Of a DNA stretch of 64,000 nt, positions 54,924-64,000 are shown one piece after another. The stretch's first letter is position 1. Each line of letters starts with the position of its first letter. The notes beneath the pieces were generated by a model. The model was not told where the DNA came from and made no database searches. It saw nothing but the letters and a program-made list of their open reading frames with translations. Source of the DNA: an uncultured Rivularia sp. (GTDB taxonomy: Bacteria; Cyanobacteriota; Cyanobacteriia; Cyanobacteriales; Nostocaceae); assembly GCA_963665115.1 (NCBI GenBank), contig OY762007.1, forward strand, positions 7,200,001 through 7,264,000. The letters run 5' to 3'. A program made the position numbers and the translations under genes.

Positions 54924-55415
54924 ATGGCTTCTACTTATTCTTTTGACGTTGTTAGCGATTTTGATAGACAAGAATTGGTTAACGCTGTCGATCAAGTTAC
55001 GCGAGAAATTAAAGGTCGTTACGATTTAAAAGATACTAAAACTACAGTGGAATTAGAGGAAGATAGTATAAAAGTAAATACAGATAGCGAGTTTACTTTA
55101 GACACAATAAATACTGTATTGCGAGAAAAAGCGGCAAAGCGTAAACTGTCTCAAAAAATCTTTGAATTTGGCGAACCCGAATCCGCTGGTGGTAATCGAG
55201 TTAATCAAGAAATCAAGTTGAAAAAAGGTATTAGTCAAGAGATTGCCAAAAAGATTTCTAAAATGATTCGCGATGAATTCAAAAAAATACAGGCATCTAT
55301 CCAGGGAGATGCAGTACGAGTTACTAGTAAAAATAAAGACGATTTGCAAACTGTAATGCAGCGGTTGAAAGAAGAAGAATTACCATGTGCTTTGCAGTTT
55401 ACCAATTATCGTTAG
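54924..55415 (+). CDS. yajQ: YajQ family nucleotide-binding protein
   Basis: [19 protein letters not shown] and LQFTNYR motifs. Confidence 0.93.
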   Translation: MASTYSFDVVSDFDRQELVNAVDQVTREIKGRYDLKDTKTTVELEEDSIKVNTDSEFTLDTINTVLREKAAKRKLSQKIFEFGEPESAGGNRVNQEIKLKKGISQEIAKKISKMIRDEFKKIQASIQGDAVRVTSKNKDDLQTVMQRLKEEELPCALQFTNYR

Positions 55416-55618
55416 TTAGTAGCTAAGGTTCGTAGTCAGGGCTTAAGCCCTTGTTGTTCAAGGACTAAAGTCCCTACTACAAACCTTTGTTAAATTAGAA
55501 TTCTCATTACATATACAATTTATTTATGTCCTCCGGACACGCTGAGCCGCACGCTCCGCGTGAACGCTAACGTGTCTAACCCAACCTATAAATTACCTAC
55601 AAATTAATCTTTTAAAAC

Positions 55619-56176
55619 CTAACCGCGAGAAACCATAGCCTTTTGAAATGCCGGACGTTCGGCAAGTTTCTTCATGTAGCTGGTAACGTTTGCATACTCG
55701 CTTAAATCCAGCTTGAGCATCATCGGAATATAGTTGAGCATCGAACCTACTGCTACATCAGCAACGGTAAATTCATTGCCTAATAAGAAAGGTTGTTTCC
55801 CTAAAATTTCATTCAAAGGATTCATTAGTTTAGGCATTTCCTTTTCTCTGGTAGCTTCAATAAAAACACCCGGTCCCAAAGTAGCATTTGCAAACAAACT
55901 CCACTGAGAATAAATACCGCGTTCCTCTGGAGAAAGAGTTTTTTTACTATATTTATCGGCAAGATATAGCAATATTGCGCCGGATTCCCAAAGTATAAAA
56001 TCGCCGTCTGTAATTGCTGGAACTTTACCCATTGGATTTATTGCGAGAAATTCCGGCTTGAGATGTTCTCCGGCTTTCATATCCAGCTTGACGAATTCGT
56101 AGGGAATTTCTAATTCTTCTAAATACCAGTGAACAATTGAAGCGCGGCTGAAGGTTCCACCGTAGAGTTTTATCAT
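55619..56176 (-). CDS. Glutathione S-transferase family protein
   Basis: INPMGKVP, WESGAILLYL and FTVADV motifs. Confidence 0.92.
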   Translation of the reverse strand: MIKLYGGTFSRASIVHWYLEELEIPYEFVKLDMKAGEHLKPEFLAINPMGKVPAITDGDFILWESGAILLYLADKYSKKTLSPEERGIYSQWSLFANATLGPGVFIEATREKEMPKLMNPLNEILGKQPFLLGNEFTVADVAVGSMLNYIPMMLKLDLSEYANVTSYMKKLAERPAFQKAMVSRG

Positions 56177-56291
56177 GGGTTTGATTGTTGGGGGGAAGGG
56201 TTTATGTTAGATACTGCTTATCCTACACAAATTTTTGCGTCGTCATTCAAGATTTGGAGACGTAGCACTGCTACGTCTCTACACAAGTTAT

Positions 56292-57659
56292 TTATGACGC
56301 GCTTAATAATGCCTGTTTAAATGCTTTGGCACTTTTAAAATAAATTTCTGGTTCTTCTATTAAAGCTAAGTCAATTACTTCGGCTAATTTTTTAGGAATA
56401 TTTGTATTGCGATCGCGAATGGGTACTGGTTTATTTCGCAATACTTCTAAAAATATATCTTTACCTGTAAAATCGCGGGGATAATATCCAGTTAACATAT
56501 AGTACAAAGAAGCCGCAGCAGCCCAAACATCAACTTCTGGTTTGGCATATTTGAATTCTAGTACTTGCTGTCGCGGTATAAAAACGGGAGTTCCAACTCT
56601 AGAACCAGTTCTAGTTTGCCCGCTTAAACCAGCTAAATCAAAGGCTTTTGATAAACCATAATCGCCAATTTTAGCGGTGATTTTACCATCTTGATAAGTT
56701 AAAAAAATATTGCCCGGTTTCAAATCGCGGTGAACCAAACCTTTACCTTTTCCCAAGTTACCATCGCCTAATTTAATATAAGGAATTTCTGCGTTGTGAG
56801 TATATGACAAACCATCTAAAACTTGCAGGATAATCGCAGTAGCAATATCAATAGATAATTTACCTTGTTGCTGTCTGATTAAATCTTCAACAGTACCACC
56901 TTGGCAATATTCCATTGTGAAGAAGAAAATTCCCTCAGAGTAGCCATAATCAATTAAGTGAACTACATGAGGGTGTCGTAAAATTTTGATATTTTCTGTT
57001 TCTCGTAAAAATAAATTTACCGCATATTCGTTAGCTGCAACTTGAGGTAACATTATCTTGAGAGCGATAATTTTTTTTGAAGTATTGTGTTGTGCTAAAT
57101 AAACTTCACCACATCCACCTCTACCTAAAATTTGAATAATATCGTACCCTTTTATTGCTATTAAATTACTATTTTCGGCTTTTGCTAATCCTAAAAGCTT
57201 TTTGATATATTCCAGTAAATTTGCAGCTTCTGTTGGAGTATTATCAAAATCTATTGTGGGAGGAAAGAAATGATTAATTTTAATTTCCTCTGGTTTGCTT
57301 TCAATACTGACATTAAATACCGTATTACTTAATTTAATTTCATCACCATTTTGTAAATCAAATTCCGGAAAAACTTCCTCTGCTGCTTCTTCTGGAGTTT
57401 GATTATCTTGTCTTTGTCCAATTTTTTTATTGTTTACATAAGTTCCATTTCTGCTACCAAAATCGCGGATGCGAATATCGGGGGGATTTACGTCTAATAA
57501 ACAGTGATAGCGAGAAATAGCAGAATGATTTTTATCGTTTGGTAGTTTTATATTGCAGTCTTTTGCTCTACCGATAATACAGCTAGTGCGGGAATCAAAA
57601 ATATATTGTCTTCCGGGTAATTTTCCTTCGGTGATGGTGAGGATTACTTTAGCTGACAT
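56292..57659 (-). CDS. FHA domain + Ser/Thr protein kinase
   Basis: IIGR..ISRYH..DFGSRNGTYVN (FHA); LGRGGCGEV, HRDLKPGN and DYG (kinase). Confidence 0.92.
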   Translation of the reverse strand: MSAKVILTITEGKLPGRQYIFDSRTSCIIGRAKDCNIKLPNDKNHSAISRYHCLLDVNPPDIRIRDFGSRNGTYVNNKKIGQRQDNQTPEEAAEEVFPEFDLQNGDEIKLSNTVFNVSIESKPEEIKINHFFPPTIDFDNTPTEAANLLEYIKKLLGLAKAENSNLIAIKGYDIIQILGRGGCGEVYLAQHNTSKKIIALKIMLPQVAANEYAVNLFLRETENIKILRHPHVVHLIDYGYSEGIFFFTMEYCQGGTVEDLIRQQQGKLSIDIATAIILQVLDGLSYTHNAEIPYIKLGDGNLGKGKGLVHRDLKPGNIFLTYQDGKITAKIGDYGLSKAFDLAGLSGQTRTGSRVGTPVFIPRQQVLEFKYAKPEVDVWAAAASLYYMLTGYYPRDFTGKDIFLEVLRNKPVPIRDRNTNIPKKLAEVIDLALIEEPEIYFKSAKAFKQALLSAS

Positions 57660-57683
57660 GGGATATTTGGATGATGATAAATT

Positions 57684-58301
57684 GTAGGGTGCTGTGACGG
57701 TTTCGATAAATTAGAATAAAAACGATTAATAATCGAATTACCGTCACGCACCATCAGAATATTGGGTAGCATCCCAATTTTTTGACGCAATACCCTATAA
57801 GGGTATCGCTACAATTACAAAGCCTGCGGAGGCAGGCTTCGATGAATTTGAATAAAAACGATTAATAATCGAATTACCGTCACGCACCATCAACATATTG
57901 CGACAATATATAAAATAATGACACGTTGATAATTTATCTATGACAATAACACTTAATTTACCACCAGAGATGGAATTTTATTTGATTCGGGAAGCAGAAA
58001 AAAAAGGTGTATCTGTAGAAGATTATATTTTGGAGATTTTAGCAGAATATATTTCAAAAGAAATTAATTCGTAATTTTTAAGGGCTGTTAGTAAATAGTG
58101 ATACACCATATAAATTGGTTGGTGCGTGACGGTGATATGAATTCATCTCGTTAAAATTGAAAATTATCGTAACCGTCACAGCACCGTACAAAATCAATTA
58201 AATAAAACTCCTCATTCTCTATTTATTGATTGGTGCGTGACGGTAATATGAATTCATCTCGTTAAATTTGAAAGATTTTCGTAACCGTCACAGCACCCTA
58301 C
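57684..58301. repeat. Cluster of four REP-like long-loop palindromes
   Basis: gtagggtgctgtgacgg..ccgtcacgcacca at 57684-57753 and partial 57841-57889; inverted copies at 58120-58189 and 58231-58301; another at 61398-61467. Confidence 0.85.
57940..58074 (+). CDS. 44-aa putative ribbon-helix-helix / antitoxin-like protein (absent from ORF track)
   Basis: MTITLNLPPEMEFYLIREAEKKGVSVEDYILEILAEYISKEINS. Confidence 0.6.
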   Translation: MTITLNLPPEMEFYLIREAEKKGVSVEDYILEILAEYISKEINS

Positions 58302-58310
58302 AAATTTTAA

Positions 58311-58709
58311 TTAAATAAATAATTCTGGAGAAACGTTGAAAAATTTTCCTAAAGCTTCTGTTTGTATTTCAGTAATTGCGCGTTTACCATCAATAACTTC
58401 TGAAACAATCTCTTCTGAGCCAAAAATCTCTACTAATTCAGATTTGTCTATTCCTTGTGCTTCCATTAAATGTTGAAGAATTATATGAGGTGAAGATTTA
58501 CCCATAGGGTAATTTTTATTTTCATATTCTTCTATCAATCTGACTAAAATTTTTAATAAAGCGGTTTCTTCTTGGGAACGATTTTTATTACCTATTAATT
58601 GTTCTGCATTAGCTAGCATATGCTCGTATTCTTCTTCTGATGTTATGACTTGTGGTTGATATTGGGCTAAAAGTTTACCGTAAGTATTTCTGTCAAAAGC
58701 TAAAGACAT
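58311..58709 (-). CDS. higA: HigA-type HTH antitoxin
   Basis: YGKLL..PQVITSEEEY, LIEEYE, LQHLMEA and VSEVIDGKR motifs. Confidence 0.85.
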   Translation of the reverse strand: MSLAFDRNTYGKLLAQYQPQVITSEEEYEHMLANAEQLIGNKNRSQEETALLKILVRLIEEYENKNYPMGKSSPHIILQHLMEAQGIDKSELVEIFGSEEIVSEVIDGKRAITEIQTEALGKFFNVSPELFI

Positions 58710-58797
58710 TATTCTGTAGTTTTAATTTTATATACGAGATTTTTACTTTAGAAAATCTAAGATTGTAGATGCGAGTGAAATAAGTTAGTTACTATGC

Positions 58798-59097
58798 TCA
58801 AAAATAAGGGTTATTTTTCCATCTATCTTTATCATAATCAGCATGAGTTAAAAAGTATTTATAGTAAATTGTCTGGGTTTCATAGTCGATATCTACAATT
58901 AGACGGTATGAATTACCTTTGATATTAAAAACTGTAAAATTTCCTACCGCATCAGCAGACGGATAATTTTGTCGAACGTCGTCCAGATGCTGCCATGATG
59001 CTGATTTCACAACCCGATACCAAGCTTCAACCTGCTCGATTGCATCTGGATATTTTGCAGCGTCAGCACGTAAATTACGAATGCTGATTAAATGCAT
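58798..59097 (-). CDS. higB: HigB-type toxin
   Basis: MHLIS, YPSADAVGNFTVFNIKGNSYRLIV and LTHADYDK motifs; toxin-first order. Confidence 0.88.
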   Translation of the reverse strand: MHLISIRNLRADAAKYPDAIEQVEAWYRVVKSASWQHLDDVRQNYPSADAVGNFTVFNIKGNSYRLIVDIDYETQTIYYKYFLTHADYDKDRWKNNPYF

Positions 59098-59157
59098 AAT
59101 ATAAAATTCATCCAAATATTTACACACCCTCGTATATTAAAATATCAAAAAAATTCG

Positions 59158-59173
59158 ACCGCCTAACGGCGGT
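59158..59173 (-). other. GC stem-loop downstream of the putative DGR variable region
   Basis: accgcc-gtta-ggcggt on the gene strand, about 56 nt after the stop, preceded by a pyrimidine tract. Confidence 0.6.
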
Positions 59174-59229
59174 GGCAAGGGTAAAAAAGAAAGAATAGAG
59201 GGGAAAAGGGGAAAAGAAAAAAGGGCTAA

Positions 59230-61236
59230 TTAAGTCCTCCCAACCGCACACACCACACGAAAACCAAGGTCGTTGAGGAAGTCGTCGCGCTTTGCCCTAC
59301 CGTTGTAGTAGCGGCACGCAGAACGGCAGCCTCTAGGACCATTGAACCAGGAACCGCCCCGCAGTAAAACATAACCCGTTTTTTGAGAAAGATTATTATT
59401 CTCATCAAACCAAGCACTACCATCAATCGGCGCTCCCTGATAATTATCGTGCCAATCATCAAGACACCATTCCCAAACATTGCCGTGCATATCGTATAAT
59501 CCAAAAGAATTGGCAGGGAAACTTCCTACATCTGTAGTTTTTTTCTGATATACACCCTTCGGTGCTGCACCATATATAAAATTACCGGCGTAATTTGCTA
59601 AATCGGTTGTAATAATTTCCCCAAAATGAAATGGTGTTGTAGTTCCAGCACTACAAGCATATTCCCACTCCGCTTCACTGGGTAATCGATATTGTTTTCC
59701 TGTTAGTTGGGATAGTTTCTCACAAAACTTTACAGCATCGTACCAATTGACTCTTTCTACAGGTCGCTTTTCACCTTCAAAGTAGGAAGGATTTCTCCCC
59801 ATAATTGCTTGATACTGTTCTTGAGTAACTTCGTATTTACCCATGAAAAAGGGTTTAATATTTACTTTATGTTGAGGACCTTCGTCATTTCTATTTTGCT
59901 TTTCATCTTCTGGCGCACCCATCATAAAACTACCACCAGGAATTTTTACCATTTCTAGGATTATGCCGTTACCTAAATCTTCTGTAAAACCTTCTGCTTG
60001 TCCGCGATAACGTTTAATTTCAAGATTAATTTTAGTTTTTCTACCAATACCGAGAAATCCAGGATTAACTATTTCTTCTACTTCCTCAAATTTTGCGTAC
60101 TCAAAGTCAAATTTCTGAGAAGGGATTTTTTCAGGTGTATTATTTTGACGAACCTGTGGTGATTTCTGAGGTAGTTGAGGAAGAGAAAATGGTAATGGTG
60201 GAATCTGAATCTCATCAAATAGTGATGCATCTAGTTCGTCTACTTCGTCTTCGTCTATAATAGGATTTTGAACAGATTTCTCAGGTGCTTGAGGAATCTG
60301 TAATGGTTTTTGAGGTGTGGAAGCTTTATTGTTATTTACGGGTTTCGCTGGAGTAGATTTTGCAGCTACAGGTGGTGTAATAATTGTAGGCTTATTAATA
60401 ACAGGTATAGGTTTAGGCTGAATTGGCAATATTAATTCCAACCATTCCCACACCGTCTGAGTTCTCTCATAAGGCTCCAAGCCCATCCCTTTGATAATCG
60501 CATCATTCAACCTGTCACTAATATCGGGATTCCGCTGTTTCGGTGCTGGTAAAGGAATACCAGTTTGACGAAAATTAGCAGGTAAAGGAGTTTCCCCAGT
60601 TAACAAAGCATACAATGTCGCAGCTAAAGCATAAACATCAGTATAAGCACCAAATTTCCCCCGTCTTTCATACTGCTCAATCGGTGCATAACCTTCTGTT
60701 TTAGAATTAGTCATGCTTCCGGTTTGATTTAGGTTAAATTCCCGTGCTAAACCAAAGTCAATTAATACTGCTTGTTGCTGATTTTGACGCAGCATTATAT
60801 TATTTGGCTTCACATCCCGATGCAGCATTCCTTGCTGATGGATATATTCTAAAGCCGTTCCAATTTGGTTTATATACTTTAATGCTTCAACTTCCGATAA
60901 TTTACCGCGTTGGTTAATATATACAGCTAAATCTTCACCTGAAATATATTCCATCACCATTCCCCAAAGTCCATTTTCATTAATCACTTCATAGACTTTG
61001 ACGATGTGAGGATGGCTGCACTGTACTAAACGAAAAGCTTCTTGAACAAACTTTACCTGCTGTTGTTCAAAATCTACTTTGCTTTGATGAATCGGGTTAA
61101 GAGTTTTTATTGCAACAATATTATTAGTATTTGTATCTATAGCGCTATAGGTAATGCCAAAGCCACCACCACCTAAGACTTTTTGAATGGTGAATTTACC
61201 GTTTTGCAGTTGATGGTTAGATGTCCAGAGTTGCAT
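59230..61236 (-). CDS. Ser/Thr kinase + FGE-sulfatase (C-type lectin fold) protein; candidate DGR target
   Basis: LGGGGFG, HRDVKPNN and DFG (kinase); YRLPSEAEWEY, DMHGNVWEW and LRGGSW...GFRVVC (FGE). Confidence 0.92.
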   Translation of the reverse strand: MQLWTSNHQLQNGKFTIQKVLGGGGFGITYSAIDTNTNNIVAIKTLNPIHQSKVDFEQQQVKFVQEAFRLVQCSHPHIVKVYEVINENGLWGMVMEYISGEDLAVYINQRGKLSEVEALKYINQIGTALEYIHQQGMLHRDVKPNNIMLRQNQQQAVLIDFGLAREFNLNQTGSMTNSKTEGYAPIEQYERRGKFGAYTDVYALAATLYALLTGETPLPANFRQTGIPLPAPKQRNPDISDRLNDAIIKGMGLEPYERTQTVWEWLELILPIQPKPIPVINKPTIITPPVAAKSTPAKPVNNNKASTPQKPLQIPQAPEKSVQNPIIDEDEVDELDASLFDEIQIPPLPFSLPQLPQKSPQVRQNNTPEKIPSQKFDFEYAKFEEVEEIVNPGFLGIGRKTKINLEIKRYRGQAEGFTEDLGNGIILEMVKIPGGSFMMGAPEDEKQNRNDEGPQHKVNIKPFFMGKYEVTQEQYQAIMGRNPSYFEGEKRPVERVNWYDAVKFCEKLSQLTGKQYRLPSEAEWEYACSAGTTTPFHFGEIITTDLANYAGNFIYGAAPKGVYQKKTTDVGSFPANSFGLYDMHGNVWEWCLDDWHDNYQGAPIDGSAWFDENNNLSQKTGYVLLRGGSWFNGPRGCRSACRYYNGRAKRDDFLNDLGFRVVCAVGRT

Positions 61237-61625
61237 TGTTGCATTAGGGAGTGGTTTTAGTCGGGTTTTGTTTCTTTTATATTTATTACAGGAAAATTGC
61301 GGATAATTTCGTGAAAATTATGTTTATTTTTGCGGGAAGTTTAATATTTACCTGGGATTTTTACCTAAGAATTTATGGTGTAATCATATTTATCGTTTGG
61401 TGCGTGACGGTAGTTCCAATTTAGTGCGCTTTGTTGAGAAACTTTTCGTAACCGTCACAGCACCCTAGGGTCTTACTAACTGACTAGATTAAACACGAGG
61501 CAGAGCCTCTAATAACTGCATTCCTTGCCGGAGACAAGGAACGAGGGATAATCTCAGCCTGCGGAGGCAGGCTTTGTTCTTATAGCCCCACCCTTCGAGG
61601 GTGAGGGCGACGCGGGTATGCCCAA

Positions 61626-62090
61626 CTACAAAACTTTATGAGTATGAGAATGCTGTTTCACGTTGTCATCTTTACTAACTATTCTTTGAGCGTTTAATAC
61701 TCGCTTTTTCTCTATGGAGTATTGAAAGTCGCTGTAGGTTTTACCCATAGAAATTAGAGATTGTGCTTCTTCCTTACGCTTATAGGTGCGTGCTGCTGCA
61801 AATGCTCTTTCACCAAAGTCGTTAACTATTTGTGCGGAGTTGTCTAATTCTGGTGGTTTATGGGCTGTTTCACCATCAAAAACTTTTCCTAATGTGGTTG
61901 CTACGGCTGATTTATAGGATGTGGGAAGCCCTTTGAAGAGTGATTCTAAGGAAGCTGAGGGAATAGGTTCGATTACGTCAACTTGATGCACTTCACCATC
62001 TTCTTTGATAAAGCAGGTTGCTAAACCGATGACTATGTAATCATCTGCGGCTAAATCAGGAGCGTCGGGATAAGAAATTGTATTTACCAT
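61626..62090 (-). CDS. Conserved cyanobacterial hypothetical protein
   Basis: DDYIVIGLATCF and DNVKQHSHTHKVL; ATG at 62090 preferred. Confidence 0.7.
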   Translation of the reverse strand: MVNTISYPDAPDLAADDYIVIGLATCFIKEDGEVHQVDVIEPIPSASLESLFKGLPTSYKSAVATTLGKVFDGETAHKPPELDNSAQIVNDFGERAFAAARTYKRKEEAQSLISMGKTYSDFQYSIEKKRVLNAQRIVSKDDNVKQHSHTHKVL

Positions 62091-62263
62091 TTGATTACCT
62101 AAAATCAGTGAGCAGCGAGCAGTTGAAGGCATTTTACCAGTTGCCAAGCTGTCAAAGGTGGCGATCGCTCTAAATTGCAATTATTTGTGATTTTCTGGAA
62201 TTGACTGTGAAGCTTTGGTAGCCATTATTAGTTCCAAGCCGAGGAGTGTAATTATGCGCTCGG

Positions 62264-63085
62264 ATGTGGGAATTAATGGATGATGAATCCTACACAGGGG
62301 CACCACCAAAAGCGGACGTACTAACCAACTCAGGCAAGGATGATATGAAGATTCACTTATTTTCAACATTCGGTGACAAGCAAAATAATATCGGCAAACG
62401 CGATGCTGCGAGATTTGCTGCTGATGAACACAGCTATGAGGATAGTAATTGTCAATTATACGCTTATGGAGATCGAGATTTACGCTCCTGTGCTTTAAAA
62501 TCGGCAAAAACTGGCGATTTTAATTTTGCGATCGCAGCTTTGAATCAGTTAATTGAGCGTAATCCCGATAATGCCATCGATTACAATAATCGCGGTTTGG
62601 TTTATTTTCAGAGTGGTGAAGAACAAAAAGCTGTTCGCGATTTTAATCGGGCGATACAAATAAATCCTGGATTGCCTAGTGCTTACAATAACCGAGCTAA
62701 TTATTATGCTGGTATTGGAGATTTGGAAGCAGCACTGGCAGATTATGAAAAAGCTTTAGATTTAAATCCTACTCACGTTAGAGCGTGGATTAACCGAGGT
62801 ATTACCTTGCGTGAATTGGGAGAATATAATGAAGCGATTGATAATTTTGAAACGGCACTATTTTTTGGAAAATTAGAAAGCTATATTTTGGCTGAGAAAG
62901 GCAGAACTTATCATGCATGGGGCGAATGGAACTGTGCGATCGCCGACTATAATCGTGCTTTGAAAAAACTACCAACTCACGCTTCTGGAACTGATAACCA
63001 AACTCTACGTCTACGCTTACAAGTAGAAAATTGGTTAAATGAATTACTACTTCCCATGCATCCTGAATGGAAGATTGGTGAATGA
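62264..63085 (+). CDS. TPR protein
   Basis: Repeated YNNRG/AYNNRA/WINRG...AIADYNRAL units. Confidence 0.88.
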   Translation: MWELMDDESYTGAPPKADVLTNSGKDDMKIHLFSTFGDKQNNIGKRDAARFAADEHSYEDSNCQLYAYGDRDLRSCALKSAKTGDFNFAIAALNQLIERNPDNAIDYNNRGLVYFQSGEEQKAVRDFNRAIQINPGLPSAYNNRANYYAGIGDLEAALADYEKALDLNPTHVRAWINRGITLRELGEYNEAIDNFETALFFGKLESYILAEKGRTYHAWGEWNCAIADYNRALKKLPTHASGTDNQTLRLRLQVENWLNELLLPMHPEWKIGE

Positions 63086-63429
63086 AATACAATTAGTAAG
63101 GGTTTTTTCGCCTCGGCTCAATAATTTAAGATGGTAATATTTTTTGGTACTTTTGCTTAATCTTAATTTCGCATCAGTTTGAGGTTTTCGATTTAAGATT
63201 AAACTTCAATTCATAATTCGCGACGAGCAAAATCCGAAATTAAAAACTAAAAATAATTTGGCACGAGCTAATAGCTAATAGATGATAACTATATAGCAGA
63301 CAATCTAACAGGATTAGCGACTAGTTATTAACTATTAGCTGTTAGCTTTTTATCTTTAAAAGGAACACTTATATACAGACAAAGAGGAATAGCATTTATT
63401 CTACGCAAAAATAATATTTCCTCTAAGTA

Positions 63430-63837
63430 TTAGGGTGTAGACTCTTTAATTTCAGCCGCTGTTGTATTATTGGTCAATACAATTTGTTTTTGATTAAGGG
63501 GTATCCGATTTCCATGCTGTTGCATGATACTGTTAGCTTGACGGGAATCAAAAGTATTACTAAATTCTGCCCTTAGATTGTTGACACGTTCTTGAGAGGT
63601 TTTCACTTCAGTGCGTACTTGTCGTAACTTTTCTTGTCCCGACCAATGATGTGGTAAAAGTTGAGTTAAAGCAGATACTGCCGCAGCGGAAATCGCTAAG
63701 TTAACTCCTATTTTAACTGTTGTCTCCAGCGCCATTACCTGATATGAACGTTGGCGTAAACGACGCTTTGGTCGAGGAACAGTCCTACGCCGCTGTATCG
63801 GTTGTAGCTCCGGACTAGATGGTTGAATTGCGTTCAT
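63430..63837 (-). CDS. Single-TM coiled-coil protein, FtsB/DivIC-like putative cell division factor
   Basis: Basic N-terminus, one TM segment (KIGVNLAISAAAV), then a coiled coil. Confidence 0.55.
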   Translation of the reverse strand: MNAIQPSSPELQPIQRRRTVPRPKRRLRQRSYQVMALETTVKIGVNLAISAAAVSALTQLLPHHWSGQEKLRQVRTEVKTSQERVNNLRAEFSNTFDSRQANSIMQQHGNRIPLNQKQIVLTNNTTAAEIKESTP

Positions 63838-64000
63838 ATTAGACTCTAATCTCCTCAAAAAACGGATATTTGGTAAATATCTAAGACAAGGCTATTTACG
63901 GTTTTCATTTGCTGCCATCTTACTTCATTTTTCTCAAACCGCTACACGTAGCACAAGAGTCAAAAAAACAACCCCAGCAATCCTAAGTGTGTTCCATTAA

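Noticed and set aside
59226..59504. 92-aa overlapping ORF
   Set aside because: Alternate frame of the FGE 3' end; its Thr-rich tail is a by-product of NAC codons.

Overview
AT-rich chromosomal window from a filamentous cyanobacterium, probably Nostocales. Support: frequent HIP1 octamers (GCGATCGC), heptamer STRR tracts, and ebsA, mgdA, cruP-like and KGK-domain genes. Housekeeping and metabolic content includes dnaX, mgdA, ebsA, yajQ, serC, phnCDE, a cruP-like gene, a P450 and a wzm/wzt glycosyltransferase cluster. These are interleaved with conflict and signalling loci and a dense set of REP/MITE-like palindromes. Main points: (1) A Ser/Thr kinase-FGE (C-type-lectin-fold) gene whose 3' end looks like a diversity-generating retroelement (DGR) variable region with a downstream GC hairpin. 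No template repeat or reverse transcriptase was seen in the window, so it is a candidate remote target, sitting next to higBA. (2) A REP-punctuated cassette-like array of small membrane genes whose leaders are far more conserved than their proteins. (3) A divergent pair of a TRADD-N-associated 2TM gene and an HTH-TRADD-N gene carrying 14 near-identical 31-32 aa repeats with localized variation. (4) A TPR-CHAT protein apparently lacking its catalytic His, next to a stand-alone copy of its N-terminal domain. (5) A dynamin-KGK-KGK-HNH gene run. Six genes, including essential dnaX, each carry a +1 base in a short homopolymer, most likely sequencing error. No CRISPR array, rRNA, tRNA or intact transposase was seen. 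All family calls are by motif recognition, not database search.
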